This document shows, piece by piece, positions 48,049 through 56,311 of a stretch of 64,000 bases of DNA. Source of the DNA: Pseudomonadota bacterium (lineage in GTDB: Bacteria > Pseudomonadota > Alphaproteobacteria > Sphingomonadales > Sphingomonadaceae). Position 1 is the stretch's first letter; each line of letters opens with the position of its first letter. Under the pieces are notes generated by a model. That model was not told the DNA's origin, searched no databases, and saw nothing but the letters and a program-made list of their open reading frames with translations. A program made the translations under genes and the position numbers. The stretch covers positions 21,663 to 85,662 of the forward strand of contig JAZKBB010000008.1 in the NCBI GenBank assembly GCA_040388865.1, read 5' to 3'.

Positions 48049-50058
48049 ATGATGATCCAGACCCCTTTGGTCAGCCGCCGCAATTTCATTGCGGGCGGCG
48101 CCGCCGCGGCCGGCGTTGCCGCTCTCTATCCCGCCTGGGCGCAGCCCGTGTCCGGCGGGATCGTCAGGCCGCTGCCGGTGCTCAGCGGCAACGACATCTC
48201 GCTCACGATCCACCGGATGCTGCTCACCGCCGACGGCGAAACTACACGCGCGATCGGAATCAACGGCACCGTTCCAGCGCCGCTGCTGCGCCTCAAGGAA
48301 GGGCAGAATGTCCGGCTCGCGGTCACCAACCGCCTCGAGGAGGACAGCTCGATCCACTGGCACGGGTTGCTCGTGCCGTTCGCCATGGACGGCGTTCCCG
48401 GAGTCAGCTTCCCGGGCATTCGTCCTGGCGAGACTTTCGTCTATGAGTTCCCGGTCAAGCAGTCGGGGACCTTCTGGTATCACAGCCATTCGGGGTCGCA
48501 GGAGCAGATGGGCCATTACGGGCCGATCGTGATCGATCCCGCCGGGACCGATCCGGTCGTGTCGGACCGCGAGCATGTGATCGTTCTTGCCGATCACAGC
48601 GCACTCGATTCCGACGCAATCCTCGCCAAGCTCAAGAAGGCCGAAGGCTATTTCAACTTCCAGAAGCAAACCCTGCTGGGCCTGCTCGCCCGCCGCGATC
48701 AGCCGCTCAAGGACCGCATCGACTGGGGCAAGATGCGCATGGATCCGACCGACATCTCGGACGTGACCGGGTCGACCTACATGTATCAGATGAACGGGCA
48801 CGGGCCGCGCGACAATTGGACCGCTCTGTTCCGGCCCGGCGAGCGGGTGCGCCTGCGCTTCATCAACGCCTCGTCGATGACCAACTTCAACGTGCGCATC
48901 CCGGGGCTTGAGATGATCGTGGTCCAGGCGGACGGCAATGATGTCCAGCCGGTCGCGACCGACGAGTTCCAGATCGCCGTTGCCGAGACCTATGACGTCA
49001 TCGTCACTCCGGGCGACGGCGCCTACACGATTGTCGGCGAGGCCATCGACCGGTCGGGCATGGCGAGGGGCACGCTCGCTCCGCGTGCCGGAATGGCGGC
49101 GGCGGTCCCGGCGCTTCGCCGCCGGCCGGTCGCGACGATGAAGGACATGGGCATGGACATGGGCATGCCCGATCCTTCGCTGAAGCGCGGCAACGATCCG
49201 ACCATCGAAAGGAATGCGTCCGCGACGCTCGCGACGACGGGATCGGGCGCCGGCAGCCCGGCCAAGCCGAGCACCCCCGTCGCAATGGCGGGTGCCATGG
49301 CCGGGATGGACATGCCGGGAATGAATGGCGGGTCCATGGCCGCGATGCCCGGCATGGACATGCAGCATGCATCGTCCGGCGGCTCAATGACCGGGATGAA
49401 CATGGGCGCGAGCTCCAGCGGCTCGATGCCGGGCATGAACATGGGCGCGGGTTCCGGCGGGTCGATGGCCGGCATGGACATGAGCGCAATGAGCATGCGC
49501 GATTTCAAGAATGCGCCCCAGGTCGACAAGAATCCGGGGGTCCAGACCATTGCTCCGATGCCGAAGGACCGCACGGGCGACCCGCCGCAGGGCCTTGAGG
49601 ATGCCGGCCACCGCGTGCTCACCTATCGCGATCTTGCAGCGCTCGAGCGCAACCCCGACGTGCGGGCGCCGTCGCGATCGCTCGACATCCACCTGACCGG
49701 CAACATGGAGCGGTTCATGTGGTCGTTCGATGGGGTGAAGCAGAGCGATGCTCCGGACCCCTTCGCATTCCGGACGAACGAACGGGTTCGGATCCGGCTG
49801 ATCAACGACACGATGATGAACCATCCGATCCACCTCCACGGCCACTTTTTCGAGCTCGTCACCGGCCATGGCGACCACGCGCCGCGCAAGCATACGGTCA
49901 ATGTGATGCCGGGAGGGACGGCGACCTTCGATGTGACCATGGATGCGCCCGGCGACTGGGCGTTTCACTGCCATCTTCTCTACCACATGCTGGCCGGAAT
50001 GATGCGCGTCGTCAGCATCCGCCCGCTTGCAGGAGTGACGCAAAATGAAGCGGCTTAG
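48049..50058 (+). CDS. copA: Copper resistance multicopper oxidase CopA/PcoA
   Basis: Tat motif SRRNFI; HWH, WYHSH, HPIHLHGH, HCHLLYHM; Met-rich insert. Confidence 0.95.
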   Translation: MMIQTPLVSRRNFIAGGAAAAGVAALYPAWAQPVSGGIVRPLPVLSGNDISLTIHRMLLTADGETTRAIGINGTVPAPLLRLKEGQNVRLAVTNRLEEDSSIHWHGLLVPFAMDGVPGVSFPGIRPGETFVYEFPVKQSGTFWYHSHSGSQEQMGHYGPIVIDPAGTDPVVSDREHVIVLADHSALDSDAILAKLKKAEGYFNFQKQTLLGLLARRDQPLKDRIDWGKMRMDPTDISDVTGSTYMYQMNGHGPRDNWTALFRPGERVRLRFINASSMTNFNVRIPGLEMIVVQADGNDVQPVATDEFQIAVAETYDVIVTPGDGAYTIVGEAIDRSGMARGTLAPRAGMAAAVPALRRRPVATMKDMGMDMGMPDPSLKRGNDPTIERNASATLATTGSGAGSPAKPSTPVAMAGAMAGMDMPGMNGGSMAAMPGMDMQHASSGGSMTGMNMGASSSGSMPGMNMGAGSGGSMAGMDMSAMSMRDFKNAPQVDKNPGVQTIAPMPKDRTGDPPQGLEDAGHRVLTYRDLAALERNPDVRAPSRSLDIHLTGNMERFMWSFDGVKQSDAPDPFAFRTNERVRIRLINDTMMNHPIHLHGHFFELVTGHGDHAPRKHTVNVMPGGTATFDVTMDAPGDWAFHCHLLYHMLAGMMRVVSIRPLAGVTQNEAA

Positions 50059-51301
50059 CCTCGCGCTGATTGGCGGCGCGGCCGCGCTCGTGCTCACCGC
50101 GCCGGCTGAGGCGCAGATGAACATGAACATGCCCGGGATGAAGATGCCCGGGATGAAGATGCCGGCGAAGAAGAAGGCTGCTCCTGCAAAGAAGAGATCC
50201 CCGCGTAAAAAGCAGTCCGCGAACACGACGAAGACAGCCTCGAAAGCGGCGCCGGCCGCGAAGAAGCCCGCATCGAAGAAGGGTGCAAAAACCAAAGGCG
50301 CTGCGAAGAAGCCCGCAGCTCACGCCATGTCGTCGATGCCGGGAATGAACAAGCAGCCCGGACACGACATGTCCTCGATGCAGGGCATGAGCATGCCCGC
50401 GCCGGGGCAAAGCCAGTCATCGATGCCCGGGATGACCATGCCGCAGGGTCAGAGCATGCCGTCGATGCCCGGCATGACGATGCCGCAAAGCCAGTCGATG
50501 CCTGCAATGAACATGGGCACGGCCCCGGCTCAGGGCGCAATGACCGGAACGAACCTGCCGGCCGGCAATGCGCCGCCGCCGCCGCCGCCAACCGACCATG
50601 CGGCAGACTATGTCTATCCGCCGGCCGCAATGGCACGGGCGCGGGAGGAGTTCAGGTCCGAGCAGGGAGGCCAGACCTTCTACCAGGTGCTTGCCAACCT
50701 CACCGAATATCAGGCGAAGAAGGGACGCGACGGCTACCGCTGGGACGGCGAGGCCTGGGTCGGCGGCGACATCAACCGCCTGTGGCTGAAGAGCGAAGGC
50801 GAAGGGACGTTCGGCAAGGGCGCCGAAGCGGCCGAAGTCCAGGCGCTCTACAGCCGTGCAATCGGGCCTTACTTCAACCTTCAGGCGGGCGTGCGGCACG
50901 ATTTCAAACCGACTCCGACTCGAACTTATGCGACGGTGGGGGTGGAGGGGATGGCGCCCTTCATGTTCGCAACCGAGGGTGCGCTGTTCCTGTCGAACAA
51001 GGGCGACGTGCTCGCGCGTGCGGAAGGCTGGTACGATCAGCGCATTAGCCAACGGCTGGTGCTTCAGCCGCGCGCCGAAGCCAATTTTGCGGCCCAGGAT
51101 ATCCCCGAGAATGGCATTGGGTCGGGACTGAGCAATCTCGAGCTCGGATTGCGGTTGCGGTACGAGATCCGGCGCGAGTTCGCGCCTTACGTAGGTGTGT
51201 CCTGGACCCGGCGGTTCGGCGACACCGCCCGCTTCGCGCGCGCCGCGGGCGAGGATGTCTCGAGCACCAGCCTCGTCGTTGGAATCCGCACATGGTTCTG
51301 A
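50045..51301 (+). CDS. copB: Copper resistance protein CopB/PcoB
   Basis: WVGGDINRLWLKSEGE, GLRLRYEIRREFAPYVGV, C-terminal WF. Long Lys/Met-rich N-terminus. Confidence 0.93.
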   Translation: MKRLSLALIGGAAALVLTAPAEAQMNMNMPGMKMPGMKMPAKKKAAPAKKRSPRKKQSANTTKTASKAAPAAKKPASKKGAKTKGAAKKPAAHAMSSMPGMNKQPGHDMSSMQGMSMPAPGQSQSSMPGMTMPQGQSMPSMPGMTMPQSQSMPAMNMGTAPAQGAMTGTNLPAGNAPPPPPPTDHAADYVYPPAAMARAREEFRSEQGGQTFYQVLANLTEYQAKKGRDGYRWDGEAWVGGDINRLWLKSEGEGTFGKGAEAAEVQALYSRAIGPYFNLQAGVRHDFKPTPTRTYATVGVEGMAPFMFATEGALFLSNKGDVLARAEGWYDQRISQRLVLQPRAEANFAAQDIPENGIGSGLSNLELGLRLRYEIRREFAPYVGVSWTRRFGDTARFARAAGEDVSSTSLVVGIRTWF

Positions 51302-51323
51302 CCGGCAACAGGGAGATGATTTG

Positions 51324-51788
51324 ATGCGCGCAGCTTCTGCAGTCCTTGCCATTGGATTGTTGGCCGGTTCGGCACCCGCAACCGGCCAAAGGGCGAACGA
51401 TGTCGCCGCCGTAAAGGCAGTGCTTGCGAAATATGCCGCGGCCGTAGAGCGGCTCGATCCGCGCGGCACCGAGCGCCTGTTCGCGATGGATTCGATGATC
51501 TTCGAAACCGGCGGGTCGGAAGGCACCTATGCCAACTATCTCGCGCATCATCTCAGGCCGGAGCTCGCCGAGTTCAAGTCGTTCAAGTTCGGCAATTACA
51601 AGGTCGACGTGCGCTTCGCGAGCCCGACCACGGCGCTCGCGGCCGAGAGCTACACCTACCACATCGAAACGAAGAAGGGCGAAGTCGCCGACCGGCTCGG
51701 CGTCGCCACCAGCGTTCTGCGCAAGCAAGCCGGACAATGGAAGATCGTGATGATGCACAATTCGGCCCGCCGGCCGAGCGTCAAATAG
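51324..51788 (+). CDS. Exported NTF2/SnoaL-like (DUF4440) protein
   Basis: Signal peptide, FETGGSEG.YANYLAHHL.PEL, WKIVMMHNS. In cop operon. Confidence 0.75.
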   Translation: MRAASAVLAIGLLAGSAPATGQRANDVAAVKAVLAKYAAAVERLDPRGTERLFAMDSMIFETGGSEGTYANYLAHHLRPELAEFKSFKFGNYKVDVRFASPTTALAAESYTYHIETKKGEVADRLGVATSVLRKQAGQWKIVMMHNSARRPSVK

Positions 51789-51824
51789 GCTTACCACCCA
51801 ACAAGAGACAAAAGGGGATTTGCG

Positions 51825-52496
51825 ATGGCTGATGGAAAACCGTTCGATCTGAAGCGTCACCTGCCGAGCACCGCATTCGTGCTGATCATTCTGGTGATCG
51901 TCGCCGCGTTCGCCGGCATCTTCGTCTACGCGGGTCTGTACAATATCGGCGCGGACAAGCCGCATTCGAAGCTCGTTTACAACATCCTCGATACGCTTCG
52001 GGAACGCTCGATCGCCGCTAATGCGAGCGGCATCAAACCGCCGGCGGACCTGAACAGTCTCAAGCGCATCCAGTCCGGTGCCGGCCTTTACGCGGAAATG
52101 TGCACCGGCTGCCATCTTGGTCCCGGCGTCGAGCCCAGCGAGATGAGCCAGGGTCTCTATCCGCAGGCGCCGCAGCTTGCGCGCGGCAACGATCATTCAC
52201 CCGCGCAGCAGTTCTGGATCATCAAGCACGGGATCAAGCTGAGCGCCATGCCGGCGTGGGGCAAGACCCACAATGACGAGCTGATCTGGGACATGGTGGC
52301 GTTCCTTCAGCAGCTGCCGAAGATGTCGCCGGAGCAATACAAAGCGGCGGTCGCGAGCGCCCCTCAAGATCATGACGAGATGATGAAGGACATGCCTGGC
52401 ATGTCCGGAACGAAGGAAGGACCGACGCCGGCAGGTCCGGCTGACGAATCCAAGCCGCATGCACACTCTGGCGAAGGTCATTCGCACGGCGGCTGA
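51825..52496 (+). CDS. c-type cytochrome
   Basis: YNIGADKPH, CTGCH, WIIKHGIKLSAMPAW, His-rich tail. Confidence 0.88.
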   Translation: MADGKPFDLKRHLPSTAFVLIILVIVAAFAGIFVYAGLYNIGADKPHSKLVYNILDTLRERSIAANASGIKPPADLNSLKRIQSGAGLYAEMCTGCHLGPGVEPSEMSQGLYPQAPQLARGNDHSPAQQFWIIKHGIKLSAMPAWGKTHNDELIWDMVAFLQQLPKMSPEQYKAAVASAPQDHDEMMKDMPGMSGTKEGPTPAGPADESKPHAHSGEGHSHGG

Positions 52497-52663
52497 ATGG
52501 CCCGAACTCGAGCGCGCAGAGCCACTGGAGGGTTCTGCGCGCGCCGGAAGATCGAACGAGGAGATCTCGCAAGCGCGCACGACAAGGGGATAAATTGGAT
52601 AATCCGGCAGCACGCTTGAATGCTGGGCAGAGCGCCAGCTGCGCAGGCCGGGTGGATGGAGGG

Positions 52664-53353
52664 GTGAGATGGTTAGAGCGTTGTCGGGAATCGGTGTTGG
52701 CGATCATCGCGACCCTGGGCGGCTGCGACAAGAAGGGGTCGGACCTCACTCCCGAGCAGGAAATGAATGCAATCATGGAGGCGAACAGCCCATTCGCCGA
52801 TGCCGAGATCCAGATGGATGACGCGATGAACAAGGCTGTCGGCATCAATGTCGGCGACACCTGGGCGCGCAAGATGATCGAACATCACCGAGGCGCCATT
52901 GCGATCGCTCGCCAGGCGCTGAAGATGAACCCGGATGCTCATGTCGCCGAAATGGCGCGAGCGACAATCGAAGAGCAGACCCGGGAAATCGCCGAGCTCC
53001 AGAAGCTGGTTGCTCAGGGACCCTCCGCCCCGGCCAGCGCGGACCTGTACCAGCCGGCGATCGACAAGATGCATCAGGCGATGATGGCGGCAACCGGGAC
53101 GAGTCTGTCGCAGACCTTCCAGCGCAAGATGCTCGAGCATCACAAGGGTGCGGTCGCGATGGCAGACGTCGCCCTCGCGCATGGAGTCACCGGTTTGCTG
53201 AGGGACGAGGTGGTGAAGGCCAAGACGGACCATCTAAAGCAGAGCGAGGCGATCGATGCGATGTTGCGCAACGAGGCCCGATTTCAAGCGGAACCCGGAT
53301 CCGCGACCCGCAAGCCGGCGAACAACACAGTTTCGACGAGGCCCTCTGGCTAG
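52664..53353 (+). CDS. Tandem DUF305 (CopM-like) lipoprotein
   Basis: LGGC lipobox, RKMIEHHRGAI and RKMLEHHKGAV. Start uncertain. Confidence 0.78.
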   Translation: MRWLERCRESVLAIIATLGGCDKKGSDLTPEQEMNAIMEANSPFADAEIQMDDAMNKAVGINVGDTWARKMIEHHRGAIAIARQALKMNPDAHVAEMARATIEEQTREIAELQKLVAQGPSAPASADLYQPAIDKMHQAMMAATGTSLSQTFQRKMLEHHKGAVAMADVALAHGVTGLLRDEVVKAKTDHLKQSEAIDAMLRNEARFQAEPGSATRKPANNTVSTRPSG

Positions 53354-53395
53354 CTAGATTGCAGCGGCCTCATAAAGCGAAGGATTGGCGTAGAA

Positions 53396-53626
53396 ATGAC
53401 GAGGCATAAGTCCAACGATGACGGGAGTGTCGGTTCGGCCGCGCCAAGTCGGACGGCTGCGCTCACCGGCTGGGTCGTCTTTCGACCCAAACCGTGGCAT
53501 TTCGCTGGCGTTTTCGGCTCACGCGAAGAGGCTGAGCTGGAGCGAGCGCGCGCTGGAATGGGCTATCAGGTGGCATTTGGAACAGCAGACGTGGCAGCGG
53601 GTCAGTTCGAGCCGCCGGCAACATGA
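53396..53626 (+). CDS. Small hypothetical protein
   Basis: ORF with a plausible globular motif GWVVF...FAGVF.SREEAE..R...G.GY.V.FG. Confidence 0.45.
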   Translation: MTRHKSNDDGSVGSAAPSRTAALTGWVVFRPKPWHFAGVFGSREEAELERARAGMGYQVAFGTADVAAGQFEPPAT

Positions 53627-53891
53627 TGGGAGAAGACAGTCAAAGGCAATGGGAAAGCCGATCGTTAGGGCCTACGCAACGGACAGAACGAGCGCCGGGG
53701 GAAGAGGAAGTCGGTCAGGCGGTTCAAAAAAGTGGCTCTTGCGATGAGTGCTATTTGATGTGACGCGTATCGGTGACTGAACCACACGCGCGCGATACAA
53801 TCGATAAGCAGTCGACAGAGATCACAATCTCCGAACGATCATCGAGACGGGCACGCCCGATCCGCGAAGCGCGCTTCTATACGAGCCCGCA

Positions 53892-54146
53892 ATGGCCGCT
53901 ATGCATAACGCCGTGACGGCGGCGAGAAGTTCCAATCTATCGCAAACCTATCTGCGCAAAATGCTGGCGCATCATGAGGGCGCAGTGGCGATCTCCGATG
54001 ACGCGCGTCAGAACGGCGTCAGCGGCGCGGGCAAGGCTCTGGCCGAGAAGGCAGAGCAACTGCAACAGTCAAAGACGGTGCGCGCGATGCTCGCGGGCGA
54101 GCTTATGCACCGCGCAATGGCCGGGACAAATTTTGCTCGGCATTGA
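53892..54146 (+). pseudogene. DUF305 C-terminal-half relic
   Basis: LSQTYLRKMLAHHEGAVAI aligns to LSQTFQRKMLEHHKGAVAM of 52664-53353. No signal peptide or N-terminal half. Confidence 0.65.
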
Positions 54147-54300
54147 CGGCGCATGGTCGCAATCGCCCGTCGGGAAGACTGAGCGCCTTTAGGCGGCGAT
54201 CCGACCCCCAAATATGACTCTCGTCTTAGCTGCAGCAGCGCGGAAACATGATTTCCACGCTGCTGTTGTGGTGGGATTAGCCGCTCACAAAAGCTGGCAA

Positions 54301-54759
54301 TTAATACCCCCCGTAACGTCTGTGATGGTGACGCCGGTAGTAGCTGCTTCCGGAGCCATAGGAACCATAGCCATAACCCTGGTTGCCGCCATAGAACCCT
54401 TGGTTATAGCCGTTGTAGCCATTGTAGCCATTGGACCCGTAGTACCCACTGTTGTAACCGTTGTAGCCGCTATATTGGTGTTGATAGTAATGCTCGGATT
54501 CCAGATGTCCGTCGGCGTGAGCGTGCGCGCGATCAAGCTGCTGGTGAAGTCGCTGATGCTCATACCAGTTTAAACCCTGCTGATGAGCGTCGTCATGAAT
54601 TCCGTCGAGCTGATCATGAACATCGCCATGCTGCTCATTTATTTGATCGTGCTGCTCGTGATGCTCGTCACTATCTCCTGGGTAAAATTGTGCCGTCGCT
54701 GGTGCGGCGAAGCCCACTAACGCTACGCCGCCGAGGGCCGTCAAAATTAAGCTTCGCAT
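54301..54759 (-). CDS. Exported His-rich + GYN-repeat low-complexity protein
   Basis: GGAGG SD, signal peptide ending ATA, His-rich segment, GYNGYN repeats. Confidence 0.8.
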   Translation of the reverse strand: MRSLILTALGGVALVGFAAPATAQFYPGDSDEHHEQHDQINEQHGDVHDQLDGIHDDAHQQGLNWYEHQRLHQQLDRAHAHADGHLESEHYYQHQYSGYNGYNSGYYGSNGYNGYNGYNQGFYGGNQGYGYGSYGSGSSYYRRHHHRRYGGY

Positions 54760-55246
54760 CGTTGCCTCCTCAAGTTTCACCCATCGATACAGCGCTTGCA
54801 GCGGTGAACGGTCCCTGAGACTGAAGTGCAGCGCATGTTAAGGAAGGATCCCTCCTTGGCCGCCAGTTGCGAACGGTGAACTGGTCCGCGCCGGTCGGCG
54901 CTGCACCCGCTGACCGTCCCGCGCGGAATCCTGAGTGAAGACCACCAGCGATAGAGCTGCCAATCATGCGCGCTCGCTATGGACGGGACTGCGACGAGCG
55001 CCGATGCCGACAGCGCGAGCATCACGAGCGCCGCCGAGGATGCGGCGAAGTCTGGCAAGGGCAGGAGCGCGCTGACCGAGGAGGGTCCGAATTCTCACTC
55101 CTGCTACCAAAGCCCCGACCGGAACCAATTCGCTCTTTGCTTGCCACTTCCTGACGCCGCCGTTCAGCGCCGGTTCGGGCGCTCAAGCGTTAGGTGGAGG
55201 TGACCTTGGGGGGGTGGCCTGGGGGGCTTGTGCAGGAGCAATGCCC

Positions 55247-55555
55247 ATGGAACGCCTTCGAATCGGTCTTCTGGTCACCGCTGGCCTCACTGCGGCGGCA
55301 ATGTCCAGTGCTGCGGCCGCCTGGCCGCGTCATCACCATCACCACTACGCCTACGGCGGCTATGGCGCCTATGGCTATTCACCATATAGTTATGGCTATT
55401 CTTACGGTTACGCGCAGCCCGCATATGGCTACTCGCCGTACGGCTATGGTTATTCATCCTACGGGTATGGTCTGAGCCGACATCAATTGCATCACATCCG
55501 TGACTACATCCACGATCAGCAGGATCACATGTACGGGATGCACAATCACCACTAG
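55247..55555 (+). CDS. Exported His/Gly/Tyr-rich low-complexity protein
   Basis: AGGAG SD, signal peptide, HHHHH, YGYS repeats, His-rich C-terminus. Confidence 0.75.
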   Translation: MERLRIGLLVTAGLTAAAMSSAAAAWPRHHHHHYAYGGYGAYGYSPYSYGYSYGYAQPAYGYSPYGYGYSSYGYGLSRHQLHHIRDYIHDQQDHMYGMHNHH

Positions 55556-55556
55556 T

Positions 55557-55862
55557 TTAAGTTGGCATCGAGGTCTTCGAAAACGCCAACATTTGGCCAT
55601 TCCTGCGGGCGTCTATAGCGAAGGGGTGAGAAGACGCACGCCTCGGCATCAGCAACGCTAATGAGGTGATCATAAGAACAATACTCGGCATGGTTATCCC
55701 AATCACTGCGCGCAAAAATAGGGCGACCATCGGCTGCGCCGAAACGTTTGATCTTTCGGCGAGACCGTTCAGGTAGAGGCCGAAAGCGCTCACGCCGAAC
55801 AGCAGCGTCAGGTCAAAGGAGAGCGCGAACCTGACCGCTACCGCAGTCGACCACCCTCTCAG
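55557..55862 (-). pseudogene. copD: copD N-terminal relic
   Basis: WSTAVAVRFALSFDLTLLFGVSAFGLY matches CopD TM1 directly after copC. No ATG, and the frame ends after about 100 codons. Confidence 0.7.
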
Positions 55863-56239
55863 CGCACAGTAAAGCTGTACTTGCCCGCCGCCCTATGCCC
55901 GTCGGTGGATGCCGTATGCCAGTCGACCAGATACGTTCCAGCCTTGAGAGGCGCGGCTGAGCTGAGGATCAGGGATTTGCCGTCCGCTCCGATGGTGGAC
56001 TTCACCTTGCCTACCGACATCAGCGAATCGCCCCCCATCCCCGGCATAGCCGTCATTACCAATGTACCGCCGGAGAGCTTCGGCATGAGTTGCTCGCTGA
56101 AGGTGAGTTGGATCTTAGAGGGGTGGGCGACCGTCGCGTTTTCCGCCGGCACAGCCGCGATCAACTTCGGGTGCGCCGACGCGGGGGCCGCTGTCCAGAG
56201 TGAGGCAAGCAACGCTACCGAGGTCATCTGGAACTTCAT
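55859..56239 (-). CDS. copC: Periplasmic copper chaperone CopC
   Basis: Signal ASA|HPKL (His1), LTFSE, Y.VDW....DGH...G.YSFTV. Confidence 0.92.
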   Translation of the reverse strand: MKFQMTSVALLASLWTAAPASAHPKLIAAVPAENATVAHPSKIQLTFSEQLMPKLSGGTLVMTAMPGMGGDSLMSVGKVKSTIGADGKSLILSSAAPLKAGTYLVDWHTASTDGHRAAGKYSFTVR

Positions 56240-56311
56240 TCTGGTTTCCTTGCATGTCGAACAGACAACTGTCGGGCGGTCTCCGATTTTTCGGTGACCG
56301 TCCGTTGCCGG

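Noticed and set aside
54330-54480. Tandem 9-bp-like repeats (and Met-codon repeats at 47840-47920, 49290-49500) as CRISPR/VNTR
   Set aside because: They are coding repeats within proteins; no repeat-spacer structure or cas genes.
54777-55058. ORF with signal-peptide-like start
   Set aside because: Sequence after the signal looks non-coding; possibly a relic, but unsupported.
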